Of a stretch of DNA of 64,000 bases, positions 27,791 to 41,049 are shown piece by piece (positions within the stretch are counted from its first letter, which is position 1; the number at the start of each line of letters is the position of its first letter). The notes beneath the pieces are model-generated. The model did not search any database and had not been told where the DNA came from. It saw only the letters and a program-made list of their open reading frames with translations. Origin of the DNA: Antedon mediterranea (Eukaryota > Animalia > Echinodermata); assembly GCF_964355755.1 (NCBI RefSeq), contig NC_092670.1:12076795-12140794 (forward strand). The letters are read 5' to 3'. Both the position numbers and the translations under genes were made by a program.

Positions 27791-30700
27791 GTTACAGTAT
27801 TACAGTAATTAGTAGTTTTGTATGGTTTGGAGTACAGTACTGGTCAGACCAAGGAAATCTAAAAACAAGACGTTGAGCTCAGCAAGATTGAAGGTTTACC
27901 TCTAGTTTCGAAATGATCAGTCTCCAAAAAAAAAAATTGTTGATAGTTGGTACTTATTAAGTACAGTGTCTGTCTATGTGTCCATATATTATGTTCTTAT
28001 TCATATTCATTCCCTTAAATCCCCATCTTCTTCCTTTGACAAACAATGTTGTACTATCCGTTACTACTGTATAGCTAAATCATGAAGTTAAAGCCAAACT
28101 GAACAATTTGATATAGATTATGAATTATACGAGAAGAATGTGTCGGCAATATTATTAGAAATAGTATTGAATATTAAATCAATGGATTCATTGTAACGAA
28201 ATGCTGATTTGAATAAATTGATCATCACGCAATTAATTAACACATTCCAAAGCAGATCGACAGAAAAACCTAGTTTTCAAAAGCTGAAGTATCTAAAAAT
28301 ATTTCTTTGATAAGAACTGATAATTTATTAATGGATGCAATTTGTCAGAAAGCAAACTGTCTCTATGAAAAAACAAACACAACACTTGAGGACAAGTACA
28401 CAAGGGAAAATATTTATCACCAATAGTAATAACACAGACTACCATAATTTGAATCATGTGCAGTGAAGCGTAGGCATTGTGCAGTCATGCATGCAAATTG
28501 TGCAATGAGGTGTAGAAAATGAAATTCCATCTGCAGTTTAACCTGGTTGGGTGATGCAGATCTGTGCAGATATGTCAATAAGTATTCAATTCTTCATGGA
28601 AGTAAACATAAACACAGCATAAATATTAGTCATAGATGAGGATAATGACAAATTTGTTTATTTTCCCACTCAAACAACTTGTTTAGTACCAGCAGTAGTA
28701 GAAATTACAAAAGGCCTACTGACAGGCTCTGTCATTCATGAAGATAGAATATTCAAAAGAATAGTATCTGGTTTATATGGAGTAACAGGTACCATAGTAC
28801 CATCATATAAATTTAAATTAATAAATAAAATACAAAAATAAAGATTATATAATAAAATAATTTAAATTTGCATTATCATCATACAGTACAATACATTGTT
28901 TGCACACATAAACAATTATCAACGCCATGTTCACTGTTGTTAGTGTTACAGAGTTATCAACTTTACTATAGTATAATTAATGTCAGTTAGTCCTGATAAA
29001 AATGTCTGTAGTATTTTTTATTTAGGCAAAACATACATTTTACAAAATATAATACAAATCAACAAATTAAACAAACACGATCATATAGTCAAAAGTTGCC
29101 AGGAAAGCACAATTTAAGCAGCATAATGTAAACCCTGGTCACCAATTAGATGTACCTCCAACTAATGACTGCAAAAATGTGTCATTCTGCACAGTGTTTC
29201 TGTATAGAACTCTGCCAAAAACCTGTATAAAATACACAATAGACCTGAAGGAAAATCAATTCTGACACTTTATTTTGGGTTTTGGTAGATTTTAGGATTT
29301 TGAAAGAATTCTATGCAAATCACTTCAAAATATTTGAAGTCTTGTCTGGTGACTGACATTCAGGTTTTGTGAATGATTGCATCCGGGTGCTTTAATTTGT
29401 TAACAACCATTCTAAAAATGCTTTACTATTTTTTATATTTTTTTCTGCAAAATGAAATAGTATTATAATTCTGTTGAAAAGGAAGAATAACAGGAGGTTG
29501 CTGTGAAGAAAACAAAACCTATCAGAACAAAGCCTTGCCAATGGCCAAAAGATTTAGAGTAAAGAGAGTATAAATAATGAAGTCGAAAACAAATATGTGG
29601 TTTTATTACAAAGCAGTATTAAACATTGCAAATTTACAGTTGCCATTGAAGTGAAATTAGCACTTGCAAATGTGACCAGGAAACAGAGGTCAACTTGACC
29701 AAAATTTGAACTTTCTTTAACTTGTGATGTAAAAAAAAAATGTAAAAGTAATTGATTTAATATCAACATCTTTCTTTTGTCAAGTCAACCATTCTCTCAT
29801 GTACACTCTTTTAACTACAGTAACACAATTGTGTGTACAGTACAGTAACTTTATCTTTGCTGGAAAGGACTAACTTATTTTCAAACCAGACCAGACACTG
29901 AGCCAACTTTACAGCCACTTTGATTCTCATTAATTAAAACATTGTTAATTATCTATCATATCAGACTTAGGACTTAATGTGATTATCCGATAATACAGTA
30001 GATACAGACCTGTTTGTCTGTGATAGTCAATCGTAGATTGTCATGATGTTATTAACAACATAAGCTACTAGTCTAAAAATATATAAAAGCATCAGGTATA
30101 AATAGCTTAATTTAGCTTTGAATCATGTTATTGATCGTCCCTATTTATAGCTACAGTACAGTAGCTTAATTACTAGAAAGTCTACAATGTGTAATCACCA
30201 TAAACATTGTGAATCCCAGTTTGAATTTATGGCAAATTGTGTTTGTATGCAATTATTCTGTACATATTTTACTTCTTTTTTTTCAAATTTAAATTTTACA
30301 TTATAAAATTACGCATGAATCAGAAACAGTCCAGTATGGCCTACAGTACAATACTGTAGTGTACTTCCTTTTTAAGAAATTTCCATTTTTACAACAAATA
30401 AAGACTTTATACAGTGAAGTACTTTAGTGTTCTCAATACATGATGAATTACTGTAGAATTACAGTAGTTACAAATTAGCTTCAGCTTTGAGTTCTTTTTG
30501 GTAACTTGTAAATTATGTTTAAGAGCAGTCTCTGTGGACCAGAATAGATTTAATTTCTGGAGTAAAACTAAAATTTACATCAGTTTTAACAACAGACAAA
30601 GGAGCTTTTCATTCAAGATGAAAACCGGTATTATTATGTTGTATTTATTTGTAATACTATATCAGTATAAAGTTATGTTTCACTTTATGTATTTTTATGT

Positions 30701-31293
30701 CAATTTTCCTACAGTAATACATCAAAATCAACAGATATATCAAATCTGACATGAAAATCTAGTACAGTATGCTAAATTTAATTTAAAGTTAAAACAAAAG
30801 AAAATATACTGTAACTTGTAAGTTTCAGGTGGAAAAATGTACAGTATTCCAAATTTATGCAAAAACACTTTTTAACAATATTTTTTTCAGAGAGGCAAGG
30901 CACACTGCAGCATTTTTAAAGGTAGTATACACGTTCCTTATGACATACTGTTAACATGAGATGAAAAGAATTATTTCCTTTTTCCAGGATTTAATATCCC
31001 TGCTTCTATGAAATTGCAAGGTTGAAAAACCACACTCTAATACAAAAGGCCTACTGTACACAGTTGGCCTTTTGTAATTGATAATATGCAATTGTTTGAG
31101 AGACAAAAGGAATCATAATCATCATTAATTAGATAATCAGAGTGTTAATTAATACTTACAGCTGATTACAATAAGTTGATTAACGAAGTGTTAATTAGAA
31201 AATGAACAAAAGAGTAGTATGTTTTTTCTAACAACATACATTTCTTCATCATCATGAACATTTTCTTTTTCTCCATGTGAGTATGTATCATAC

Positions 31294-31315
31294 CATGGAG
31301 GTATATACCTCCATG
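31294..31315. mobile_element. 22-bp perfect palindrome with 7-bp TSD (P-superfamily-like footprint)
   Basis: ATCATAC | CATGGAGGTATATACCTCCATG | ATCATAC. Confidence 0.7.
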
Positions 31316-31333
31316 ATCATACAAACCTTTTAA

Positions 31334-31402
31334 AAAATTTCAGGCCAGCTAAAATACTGTACATGATGTACCTGTACAGTATTTTAGCTGGCCTGAAATT
31401 TT
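31334..31402. repeat. Perfect 30-bp inverted repeat with 9-nt loop
   Basis: AAAATTTCAGGCCAGCTAAAATACTGTACA-TGATGTACC-TGTACAGTATTTTAGCTGGCCTGAAATTTT. Confidence 0.9.
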
Positions 31403-31989
31403 CTTTAAACTAACATTAACAAGGAAACACACTGTATTGTCCAACACCTATTCAAAGGACACCCCCTACTCTATAAGGGAAACTTTGTTGGGCCCTAAAT
31501 GTGTCCTCTTAATACTTTACTCATACTGTGTGTAATACTAACTTTTAAAAAAAGAAGCAAAAAAGATTCATGATTAAACAGTGTAAAGTAGAGTACCAAT
31601 TTTTAGAAAATCAGATTTAGGTCAGAAATACTTTGAATTTATTTAAAGCTAACAATACAATAACAAGAAAATTGTATTGTAATCACAGTCTTCATTGGTT
31701 ATTATATAAACTGTGGTTGTGACTAAAGTTTTTAAAAAGACTCGATCATGTAAAGTAAATGAATAGCCATGCAATTACACAAAGCATTTTAATGCACAGT
31801 ATACAGTATACACTTGGTACTACACTACAGATCAAACTACAAGTATTTAACTACAGTAATATCCTATTCTTTCTAATACCACAAACTGATGTAGGTTCTA
31901 AAGAAAGTTAGTCTTTCAATGGACACCAAAGGAAATGATACAAAACAATACAAAAACAATGCCACCACAGAAAGTAGGCTTTATTTTTT

Positions 31990-32186
31990 AGAGATCAAAT
32001 TATTCATACTGCAGTTACTGCAGTAAAACTTCATTTTATTACTGCAATAACAATAGATTTTAGTTTCTTTCACTCCCTGGTTTCAATTAAAATGTGTATA
32101 TTATCTAAGCTTGCTAAATATAATATTTAAACAGATTTTAAAAAGAATTTATTCACTGAAGTGAAATAATTCTGACACGATCCCTT
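31990..32186. mobile_element. Degraded MITE related to 45715-45966
   Basis: ATCAAATTATT..TACTGCAGTTACTGCAGTAA at the left end and ATAATTCTGACACGATCCC at the right end. Confidence 0.5.
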
Positions 32187-32831
32187 AAAGTATTGAACAG
32201 TTGAAAACAATGGGTAGAAAGAATTTTAAATTTCAAATCAAAATAACTGATATTCTGGTCACTATAGCCTAATTATTCGGCTCAACTGCATTTTTCATCA
32301 ATATATAAAGGATTTACAACTTGCTTGAACATTACTTGCATAGCCAGTGATTATAAAGTACTTGAGGGAAGACAAATTTTTATTGAATTTTTTTACAGAT
32401 GCTGCATAGACAATCTTGTTGCAAAGCAAATAAATGAATACATTACTGTATCTGTATTAATTTATTCAATGAATGTGTATCATACCTGTGTAAGTAAACA
32501 CTGTACAGTACTTGTTTATTGAATTTATTTACATTTTAATATTAAATTCTACATTGTACTTTTTCCCAGAAGCCATTTTTTTGTAGTAAAAATTACCATA
32601 ACATTAACAAATGTGAACTGCACTTTATTTGTGTTAGTTTTTTTCTGATTAATAAATTAACCATCAATATTTCACAAAGAAATCTAAAGAAAATCTTATT
32701 ATACTGTACACATATACAGTACTCTGTGCAAACAAGGGTGGAATAAAAAGTGTGTTTGATTACAACAATATTTGTATTTAAATTGCTTTTTAGTAGAGCT
32801 TATGAAACCTGAGGTACTGTACAGTACTGTA

Positions 32832-33538
32832 GGGGCCTGTTCGTAGGGGTTGAAAATACCAGCTTATTCCCGATTTCCGTTCGCGTGGCCCAATTAACTT
32901 TTGCCTCAGGCTACAAAAAATTCGAGGTAAAATGTTCACCAAATTTGCAGGTTATTTCAGCGATAATCCAATTATACTCGGCCTTCGAGGATAATAAATC
33001 TCCGATAGAGGCAATGTGTCAAATTTTGACAAACGTTCGCTGCCTAGGCCCGTCATTTCTCCTACGAAGCTCTTCCATACACGCTTCGAGAGCGATCGTC
33101 AGCTGGTGCTGTCCTTGTTGGTGTAGACCGTTTAGGAATACACCCCGTTTAGTAGTAGGCCTAGCTGGTCGGTGGTGTTTCCGTCAAATTCTTCGCCAAT
33201 GAGTAAAATAATGGTCGTCAGGAGAAGGCATATTTCGGCAGGATTATCGGCGTTAAGAGGCATAAGGTTTGTCGCAAGGATAAGCAGTGTAAAAGGTAGC
33301 AAGTAATTGTTATTGTAAAGAAAGATCGCGAGTAAAAAATATACAACACGAAACTAGCGTGCGAAAATGGGGTCGTAGGTTGTAAAGACAACTGACCTTA
33401 AAACGTAATTTCCGGTTTGTGATTCGTCGATTAAGCATTTAAGCGGTTAAATATTTCAAGTACGAACAACGCTCAATTTATAACCCGAGGCATGGGTGAA
33501 ATTAAGCGCTTATTTTAACCACCGTACGAACACGACCC
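32832..33538. mobile_element. Non-autonomous TIR DNA transposon (Harbinger-like GGG ends)
   Basis: Imperfect TIRs GGGCCTGTTCGTAGGGGTTGAAAATA / TATTTTAACCACCGTACGAACACGACCC around a CpG-rich interior. TSD unclear. Confidence 0.7.
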
Positions 33539-36522
33539 AAGTGACCAAATTAAGGGGATTTGGGGTAATAAAGTTACCTGTACAATACATTGGGGGTTCA
33601 GAATCACAGGCTAGAGTACTTGATATAATGTAATTGTAGGCCTACAGTAAAGGGTAACTCTCCACCTTACTTAATAAATAAGTACAAGGATAATCTCTAC
33701 AAATCAAGAAATACAAGCTTACACAGTTACAGTCAGGTGTGAAATGTACAAATTACCTTTCTTAGGATGGATTCTAATGCTATACAGTTATTGAAACATT
33801 TAGGTAACAATCATAGGTTTGACCCACACCCATCATCCATTCCATACAACAGAATATGCATTATTGTTGTTGTTTGGAGACTGTATACACAGTACAGTTA
33901 CTTACAGTACTCCGCCCATAATACTACACAATGTTTTTTTCAGTACAATTACAATATCATGATGTCTATTGCAATCAATATTTATGGTAATTAAAACATT
34001 TATACTGAGCTTACCATACAGTAATCAGAACGTACAGAAACTCAGGCATAATGCGCCATCGTAGTGTATTGTAGTAATAGTAATATGGAAAAGGCCTTGG
34101 TTTTGAAATTAGTGTATGAAATGTATTATTGACTGCCTAGTCAGTTCAGACCAGAAAGATAGCACACTACATTGCTTGTGATGTTTGCGATTGGATTTCA
34201 ACAAGAGTCACTCTTCTATTTCAAGCATATTTAGTTACATTGTATGTCGGCATACAAAATGAATGTACTGTATCAAGGAATAAGGAGCGTTGACACTCGG
34301 TTTTAAATTATTGTTTAAGACATCTGTAGAGTAGAGTGGGTAGAGTAGAGTGGGTAGGGTAAAGTGATGGGTCAGGCAGTTTTAGACTGTTTTTAGCCCT
34401 TTTCTACCCAGATTTCACATACTGTAAACTCTACTGATTGAGTACTACTAGTGCATACACAGCATACTGTACAAAAATAAAGTACAGTAGGCCAGTTTCC
34501 TAAGAGCAGTTGTACAGTTAACAGATTGAAATCCACTGTCTATCCCTGAATACTATCACCATTACTGTATCCTACAGTACTACTAGCCTGGATAACTAAC
34601 TACCTGTAAACTCAACTCTACTCTTCCTAGGACAATTACAGAACTATAACTAATAGTATGTCCAATTTGGGGATACAAGTATGCAGTACCATACAGTATA
34701 CATATACAGTACCATACATTTATTGTAAGTACTGTTTCGATTACAGTAAATTATTAAAGGAAATTAGTTATTAATATTTTAAAAGACAATAGGAAGTAAT
34801 TGACATCCTTAAAGTACTTTTACAGAACATAATGAACTATCATTAAATAATTAAATATATTCTAAAACTAAATTTGACCACTTACTGCAGTACTTTATTG
34901 TAACTAAATAAAGATCTCAGATATTAACACTTTAAATATTATAATGATCCATTTTGGTGAATGTATTTTTTTGTTATACCATTACTAATTTAAATAGTGG
35001 ATACTGGCATGAGATCTTTTTTTTTTAAATTAAATTATTTGATCCTGATGATCATTAATACATTTTATAGCCTCAATTTCATTGCTTGGATCCATAAAAA
35101 ATACTGGCTTCTCTGATTTAACATGGGTTTTTCACTCAGGCTGTGGTAAAACAATAGGCCTATTGTGTATACTGTAGAAAAAGACAACAGAATGACTACT
35201 ATACTACAGATACTATTCCTAATCATACATTTTGTATGCACTGTAATTGTAACCTTAGCATTATTATGAATGACTCGTAAAGCAATGCATTTAGAACATA
35301 AAACTCGCAATCGGCCATTTCACATTTGTCAACGTGATCGTCATTGAGACTGTTAGCGCAAATATTCCCGCAGCAAAGTACTATCGCTTTTAACAATTGA
35401 TCCGTTAATGTCTTTACTAAACTATTAGAGACTCCACTGTTAATAAGTGCACTAGTTTTTTACTAAACAGTGGTAATAAATATTCATTGGAAAAGGCAAG
35501 GCAGAAAGCATTCATGTAAAAAATCAGGGAGAAGGAAGAATAGCCATAAAAAATTAATTTTGATTTAGTATACTATCATGTAACAACTAATTGTGTTAAA
35601 CCACCTATGTGTTTGTTACAATTATCGCATCATACTGTATAAGCATGCAGACACATATTCTCTTAATTGTTGGTATAAAATATCAAGCCCAGCATATAGT
35701 CACTACATTTTTACCAGAATCTGAATGTTCTTCTACTGTAAATCATAACTGTAGGCCCTGTTTTAAGCAGGGCTTGGGTTTTACCACTCGGTAAATAAAG
35801 CACATACTGTACATTCAGTATTACTCTTAGTCTTGCTTTACATAAACTTATTTGTAGTAAAATTATATCTACTGTTCTGTAGAATATGAAATAAACTGTA
35901 CAGTATGGCAACTACAGTTAGTAATAGTTAGTAGTACACTGTACACACAGTACAGTACTACAAACGCCTTTGTTTAACATTTTGACAGAAACCTACATTT
36001 TAAAGAACAGTTAGTACAGTTTATTTAGTCTGTTCAGCACAATCACAGTAATCCCTGAGTGTGATGCACTTTTCCAGATCCAGAGGGAAATTCTTTTCAT
36101 GGAATAGCCTACTGTAGTACAGTAGCAGAACTGCAAAAGTCCTAAAACCTACTTGATGTCTAAAGTTCACTAGGAGCAAAAGATCATTGAACTTCAATTG
36201 ACAGACAAAATTTCAAAGTAAGATCGAATATTGTTAAAATCAATAAAGACCTTGTCTCTAAAAAGGTGAACGTCTTTAATACAAGATTTACTATATCCAC
36301 ATAGTAATGAAAACAAAGTACAGCAAAAGTGCTAAACTGTGTATGATAGTTGTGAAAACAATTTCATAGTATTTAGGTTATTGTCCTTTTTACAAATAAT
36401 AATGAAAATCATTTTCAAATTCATGAATTAATTTAATCCTGGGGATATAATAGGTGAACAGACTGATGATGTTGTAGAGACAAACCGACTCTTCACAATC
36501 ACAGCCCATACTGTCTGTCTAA

Positions 36523-36580
36523 AGCTCTGTCTACACTATCAAACTACAGTAGTTTGACAAAAAAAAGTGTGATGTGCCTA
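36523..36580. mobile_element. Truncated copy of the AGCTCTGTCTACACTATCAAAC MITE family
   Basis: One TIR plus TTTGACAAAAAAAAGTGTGATGTGCC internal sequence. Confidence 0.75.
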
Positions 36581-37320
36581 AATTCTAAATGTAGTGTATT
36601 CATGTCTTTGGGTTGAAGTACAGTAATTATAGCTTTTAATCCTACACAAAAATATTTCTTTAAAACCAAAAAAAGTAGGTTAGTTAGTTACATTACTGTA
36701 GTAATGTAGCAGTTAGTAATTTCATTACAATCTTCATTTCCAATTTCACAACATTTAAATCAATAATTAACAGATAAGAAAATATTTTCTGTGAAACTTG
36801 CTAACTAATTTTTAAAGTTAAAAGAATATATTCATAGAATTTTATTCAAAAAAATCTAAAATTACTGGATTTGCAATGAATGAAGACAATTCTATTTCTA
36901 GCATAATGGTAGGGATTAAATGCCACATAATGGCTCTTCTGGGTTACTTCATTAGATTCTTACTTACTGTACAGAAATAATCTGAAGCAATCTCGTCTTC
37001 TCATTTTTTATTTTTCACAATACCTCAAGGATTTGTTGCAATTTAAATAGATTCTTAGTTTGACCAAATATCATACAGACAAAACTGGACAGAATGAATT
37101 TTTTCCATACAATTTTTACAGTCTATTAATGTACAGTATGTGAAGGAGTGCAGATGTTACTGATGTGCATTGGTGTTAAGACATTAAACACCAAGATGTA
37201 CTGTAACATATTTTTAACAATCGTAGCCAAAGTATTAAATAATAAAACACATTTTTTTTTTAATATGGACATAAGAAATTCAGTGAAAGAAATTAATGTC
37301 TTGTTCAGTTTTTTTTTCTA

Positions 37321-37569
<249 letters not shown>

Positions 37570-38068
37570 TCAAATCATTTGGAAAATACCAACGTTATTT
37601 CTAAATACAAACTTACTTCTCACAATTTCTGTTTCTTGGAATATTACTTTTTTATTTTACTTCATGTTTTTTTACCTGAGAAAAAAAAATTATTAATAGT
37701 TTCGTCAACATTTAAACAGCTGTTTTGTTTGTAAGCATAATAATATACTTTTCTAATATTATTCTACTACACTACAGTAGTAATTATAATATAATGCTAC
37801 AGTACTTTGATTGAAATCACATGCAAATATTGTGTACACATACTTACTCTACAACTGTATAATTAGTACAGTTTGTACAGTCGGTGGGCCTACATTTTCT
37901 GTTTTATTTTGTTTAAATGGTTTAATTCAGCTCATTGTATTCTATGATTCTACCACCAGGAAACTGATTTAATAGGTGAGCAGGGAAATAACCATCTTGG
38001 ATGTAGATTTAAGGGAAAAAAGCTCTCTCACACCATCTGTACAATGTGAGCAGAGACCAGAGTCCGAC

Positions 38069-38890
38069 GGGATATGACCGGTTGGGCCGCCGACAAGTTG
38101 AGCCGCCGGTAATTTCTATGAAACGTCCAGTGCGTCTTTTACGACATTTCGCGTAGTGATAGAGGGGTTTCCTAGTACATAAGTTCATGGTCTTTAGGTT
38201 TATTGTGTCATGAAAATAAATAATATATATAATTACATACTACAATTTTGTTGGTTTGAACCGCCATAACAACACAGCAAAGGAAAGTAGTCATATTTAA
38301 TAATTTAATTGTTTTTAATCTTTCAAGGTAAAAATGCAGTGCACTCCATAATATTTTTCTCGCGTAAAATCACGTTGTCTCTCAGGACTAATAGAGTATT
38401 GATACTCTTCAAATGAGGTTAAATAATTATTATTTTTTATCTACTATCTTTTAATATCATATTTTATTGAATTTTACAATGTTAATACACAGAATATTTT
38501 ACTAAAAAACGGTGATTTTATGCAATTATTTAACCGAAAAATGGAGTAGGCCTAGTTCATACAACTGCCGCCTAAGGGGGAAACATGTTTACGTCATTTT
38601 TGGCTAAAAACGATCACTTTCGGTCATGTTTTAGGCCTTATATTTTGGAATCTACAAACAAGTCAGATATTCATAATTATTTCTCTTTAATTATAATATT
38701 TAATAATATATATTAAAAACCGTGATATATAAACTTTGGAATATACATCGTTATATCTAATAATTAATATAAATAGAACTTCTATTAAATAGAAACGAGC
38801 ACCGGCGAAAGTAAGCATTTGGCGTTTCATAGAAAATAACGTTTTTCTGGCGGCGGCTCAACTTGTCGGCGGCTCAACTTGGCCTAATCC
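38069..38890. mobile_element. Non-autonomous TIR element with GG ends and 8-bp TSD (Merlin- or MULE-like) in the putative 5'-UTR intron of par-3
   Basis: TSD AGTCCGAC at 38061-68 and 38891-98. TIRs contain a tandem GTTGAGCCGCC / GGCGGCTCAAC repeat and TTTCTATGAAACG / CGTTTCATAGAAA. Confidence 0.85.
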
Positions 38891-39056
38891 AGTCCGACTC
38901 TGAGTGAGATCAATCAAGTTTGTAGCTAAAAAAAGACAGTTTCCAAACAAAACATGCATAAAAAACATCAATTAACATTAGGCATTTTATCTAAATATAG
39001 AGACTATTATGAAAACTATTAATATCAACGAAATATTAACAAAAAAACAGACTTAC

Positions 39057-39420
39057 AAGTGAAGATACTTTTTAGGCCTGCAAAGGCAGATACGTGATTC
39101 TTGCACCACCACCACCACGGCGGGTCGAAACCACGGGCAGCGTTTCCGAACGGAAACGGCTAAAGCCGTCCCGGAAAGCACATGAATTGATTAGAAACAA
39201 TCGTGTTAATTAACTTACCTTATTGATATTAACACATCACAGGCAGGCAACAAGGTTTAAGGAATCATCATCTTTGTTTTTAACAGTTAATATTTATCCA
39301 TTATTTCCTAAAAATAGTAATTTGTGGAATAAAAATGTCAAAGGTTAGTGTCGTGAATTCGCGTTTGGGTTGACGAAAAACATAACAAGCATTGCACATT
39401 CCTAGATTGGACTCGACGAT
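39057..39420 (-). promoter_or_regulatory. Putative par-3 promoter and non-coding first exon(s)
   Basis: GTAAGT donors on the minus strand after 39057 and 39219. Acceptor TTTTTTTTTCTCAG at ~37677, upstream of the ATG. CpG-rich patch with CGGAA (ETS-like) motifs at 39110-39180. Confidence 0.45.
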
Positions 39421-41049
39421 TATCTTTCCTATTCTAATACACTGTGCACAGCGGGGGGATTTCCTGAGTGGTAAGTGTATTGTGCATTGTTTCGAATTCT
39501 GGCATGATATACACCGCCCTCAAGTACAAAAGAAAGTTTTGCGTGGAATTTTAATTAAATGTACAATGGAGAATTGTGTTGCACCACCTCTAATAAAATA
39601 TAAATAAAAGTAATAGCAAACCTACAGCCAACAACGTAAAAAGTCAAACTAGAGGTAATTTGTCAAATTTGTATTATATCGCTACATCTAAATACGATAC
39701 CAATGAAGGATTATTTCAAGTTTTAGTTACATATAAAATATAAAGAATCAATTTTAATCAGACTTTAGATGTAATCAGATGATGTCCCCTTTTCATTGAT
39801 TTTCAAAGCAAACAAATTATTATTTTAGATAACTCATGAGTAGTGTGAGAAATTGAATGGCAGCCAAAAAAAAGAAAAATTGTTAAGTTCAAAGAAAAAA
39901 TCATATACACACTACATTCCACGGTTTCATAATGTACATTAGGTCCTCGCTCAAATGTCTCAATTCAATAACAATCATACTTTTGACGGGATCAATTATT
40001 AACAAAAAAATGATCTCAAAATGTCTCTCAGACTCAGCATCACTTTGTTACAGATAACAGGATATAAACAAAACACTGTTTTGAAGTCAGATACTTTAGT
40101 CAGTTATATTGTTAAAGCAATTTAGATATTTACATTATTCATATTGAAAAGACTCAGTTATTAGTTTGTAAAATAATCTAAAAAAAGTCTAACCGAGCTA
40201 TAAATAAATACATACTGGCTAATCTTAATATTTCTGAGTATTTATCAATTATTTGTTTTAGTTCTCAGAGAGTAGGTACCATACTAAAAAGTATAATATA
40301 TACTCCAAACAACGAAATACACTGTATTGTGATAGCATTCAATATTTCAGCATTAATTATATCAAGGTAATCTAACAACAGGTTACTGACTTCGCCTTGA
40401 TAAATCATAACTCATAACAGTCCTTTGATCTTATCTCTGGCTGCAACATATACCAACATTACTGTCCTGTGTACATATTCTCCACGGCGCACAGTGTCTG
40501 TTAAGTGGTGTGGAACTGATCATGTCGCAGCCACAGATAAACCTTTTGATCTTCGGAGCTCAGCATTCTGTTGTTAGATTGCCTTGATTATAGGAAGTAT
40601 TATTTAGATAATTATTTAAATAATTCCTTCATTAAAAATATCACCATCAGGAATGAAATATAAATATCAGCTGATTCAACAACATACAATAAGTTTAATG
40701 AGCTTAAAATCAAGGAAAAGATTGCAAGGGTCAGGATATATGGATTACAACTATGAAAACGTATGGGTGGTGGGTAGAAATTGGACTCATGTATGGTACT
40801 GTATATGCAAATTGCAGTATAAAAAATTTAATATATATCTAAAATGATATTATTTATTTAATAGCACATATCAGAACATGATGATGAATAAGTATTGTCT
40901 AATATAAAACAATAATAACAAGTTTTATGGTAAAAAACATACATCATTAGCAAGATAAAGAGCTATATAAAACACATAGGGAGGCCAACATATAATAGCC
41001 CTTATATGGTTTGAGTAATAACATTTTATACCTCAGATGTTAGTCTAGT

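Noticed and set aside
32885-33202. 105-aa ORF inside a TIR element
   Set aside because: No transposase or Myb motifs; likely a by-product of the higher GC content.
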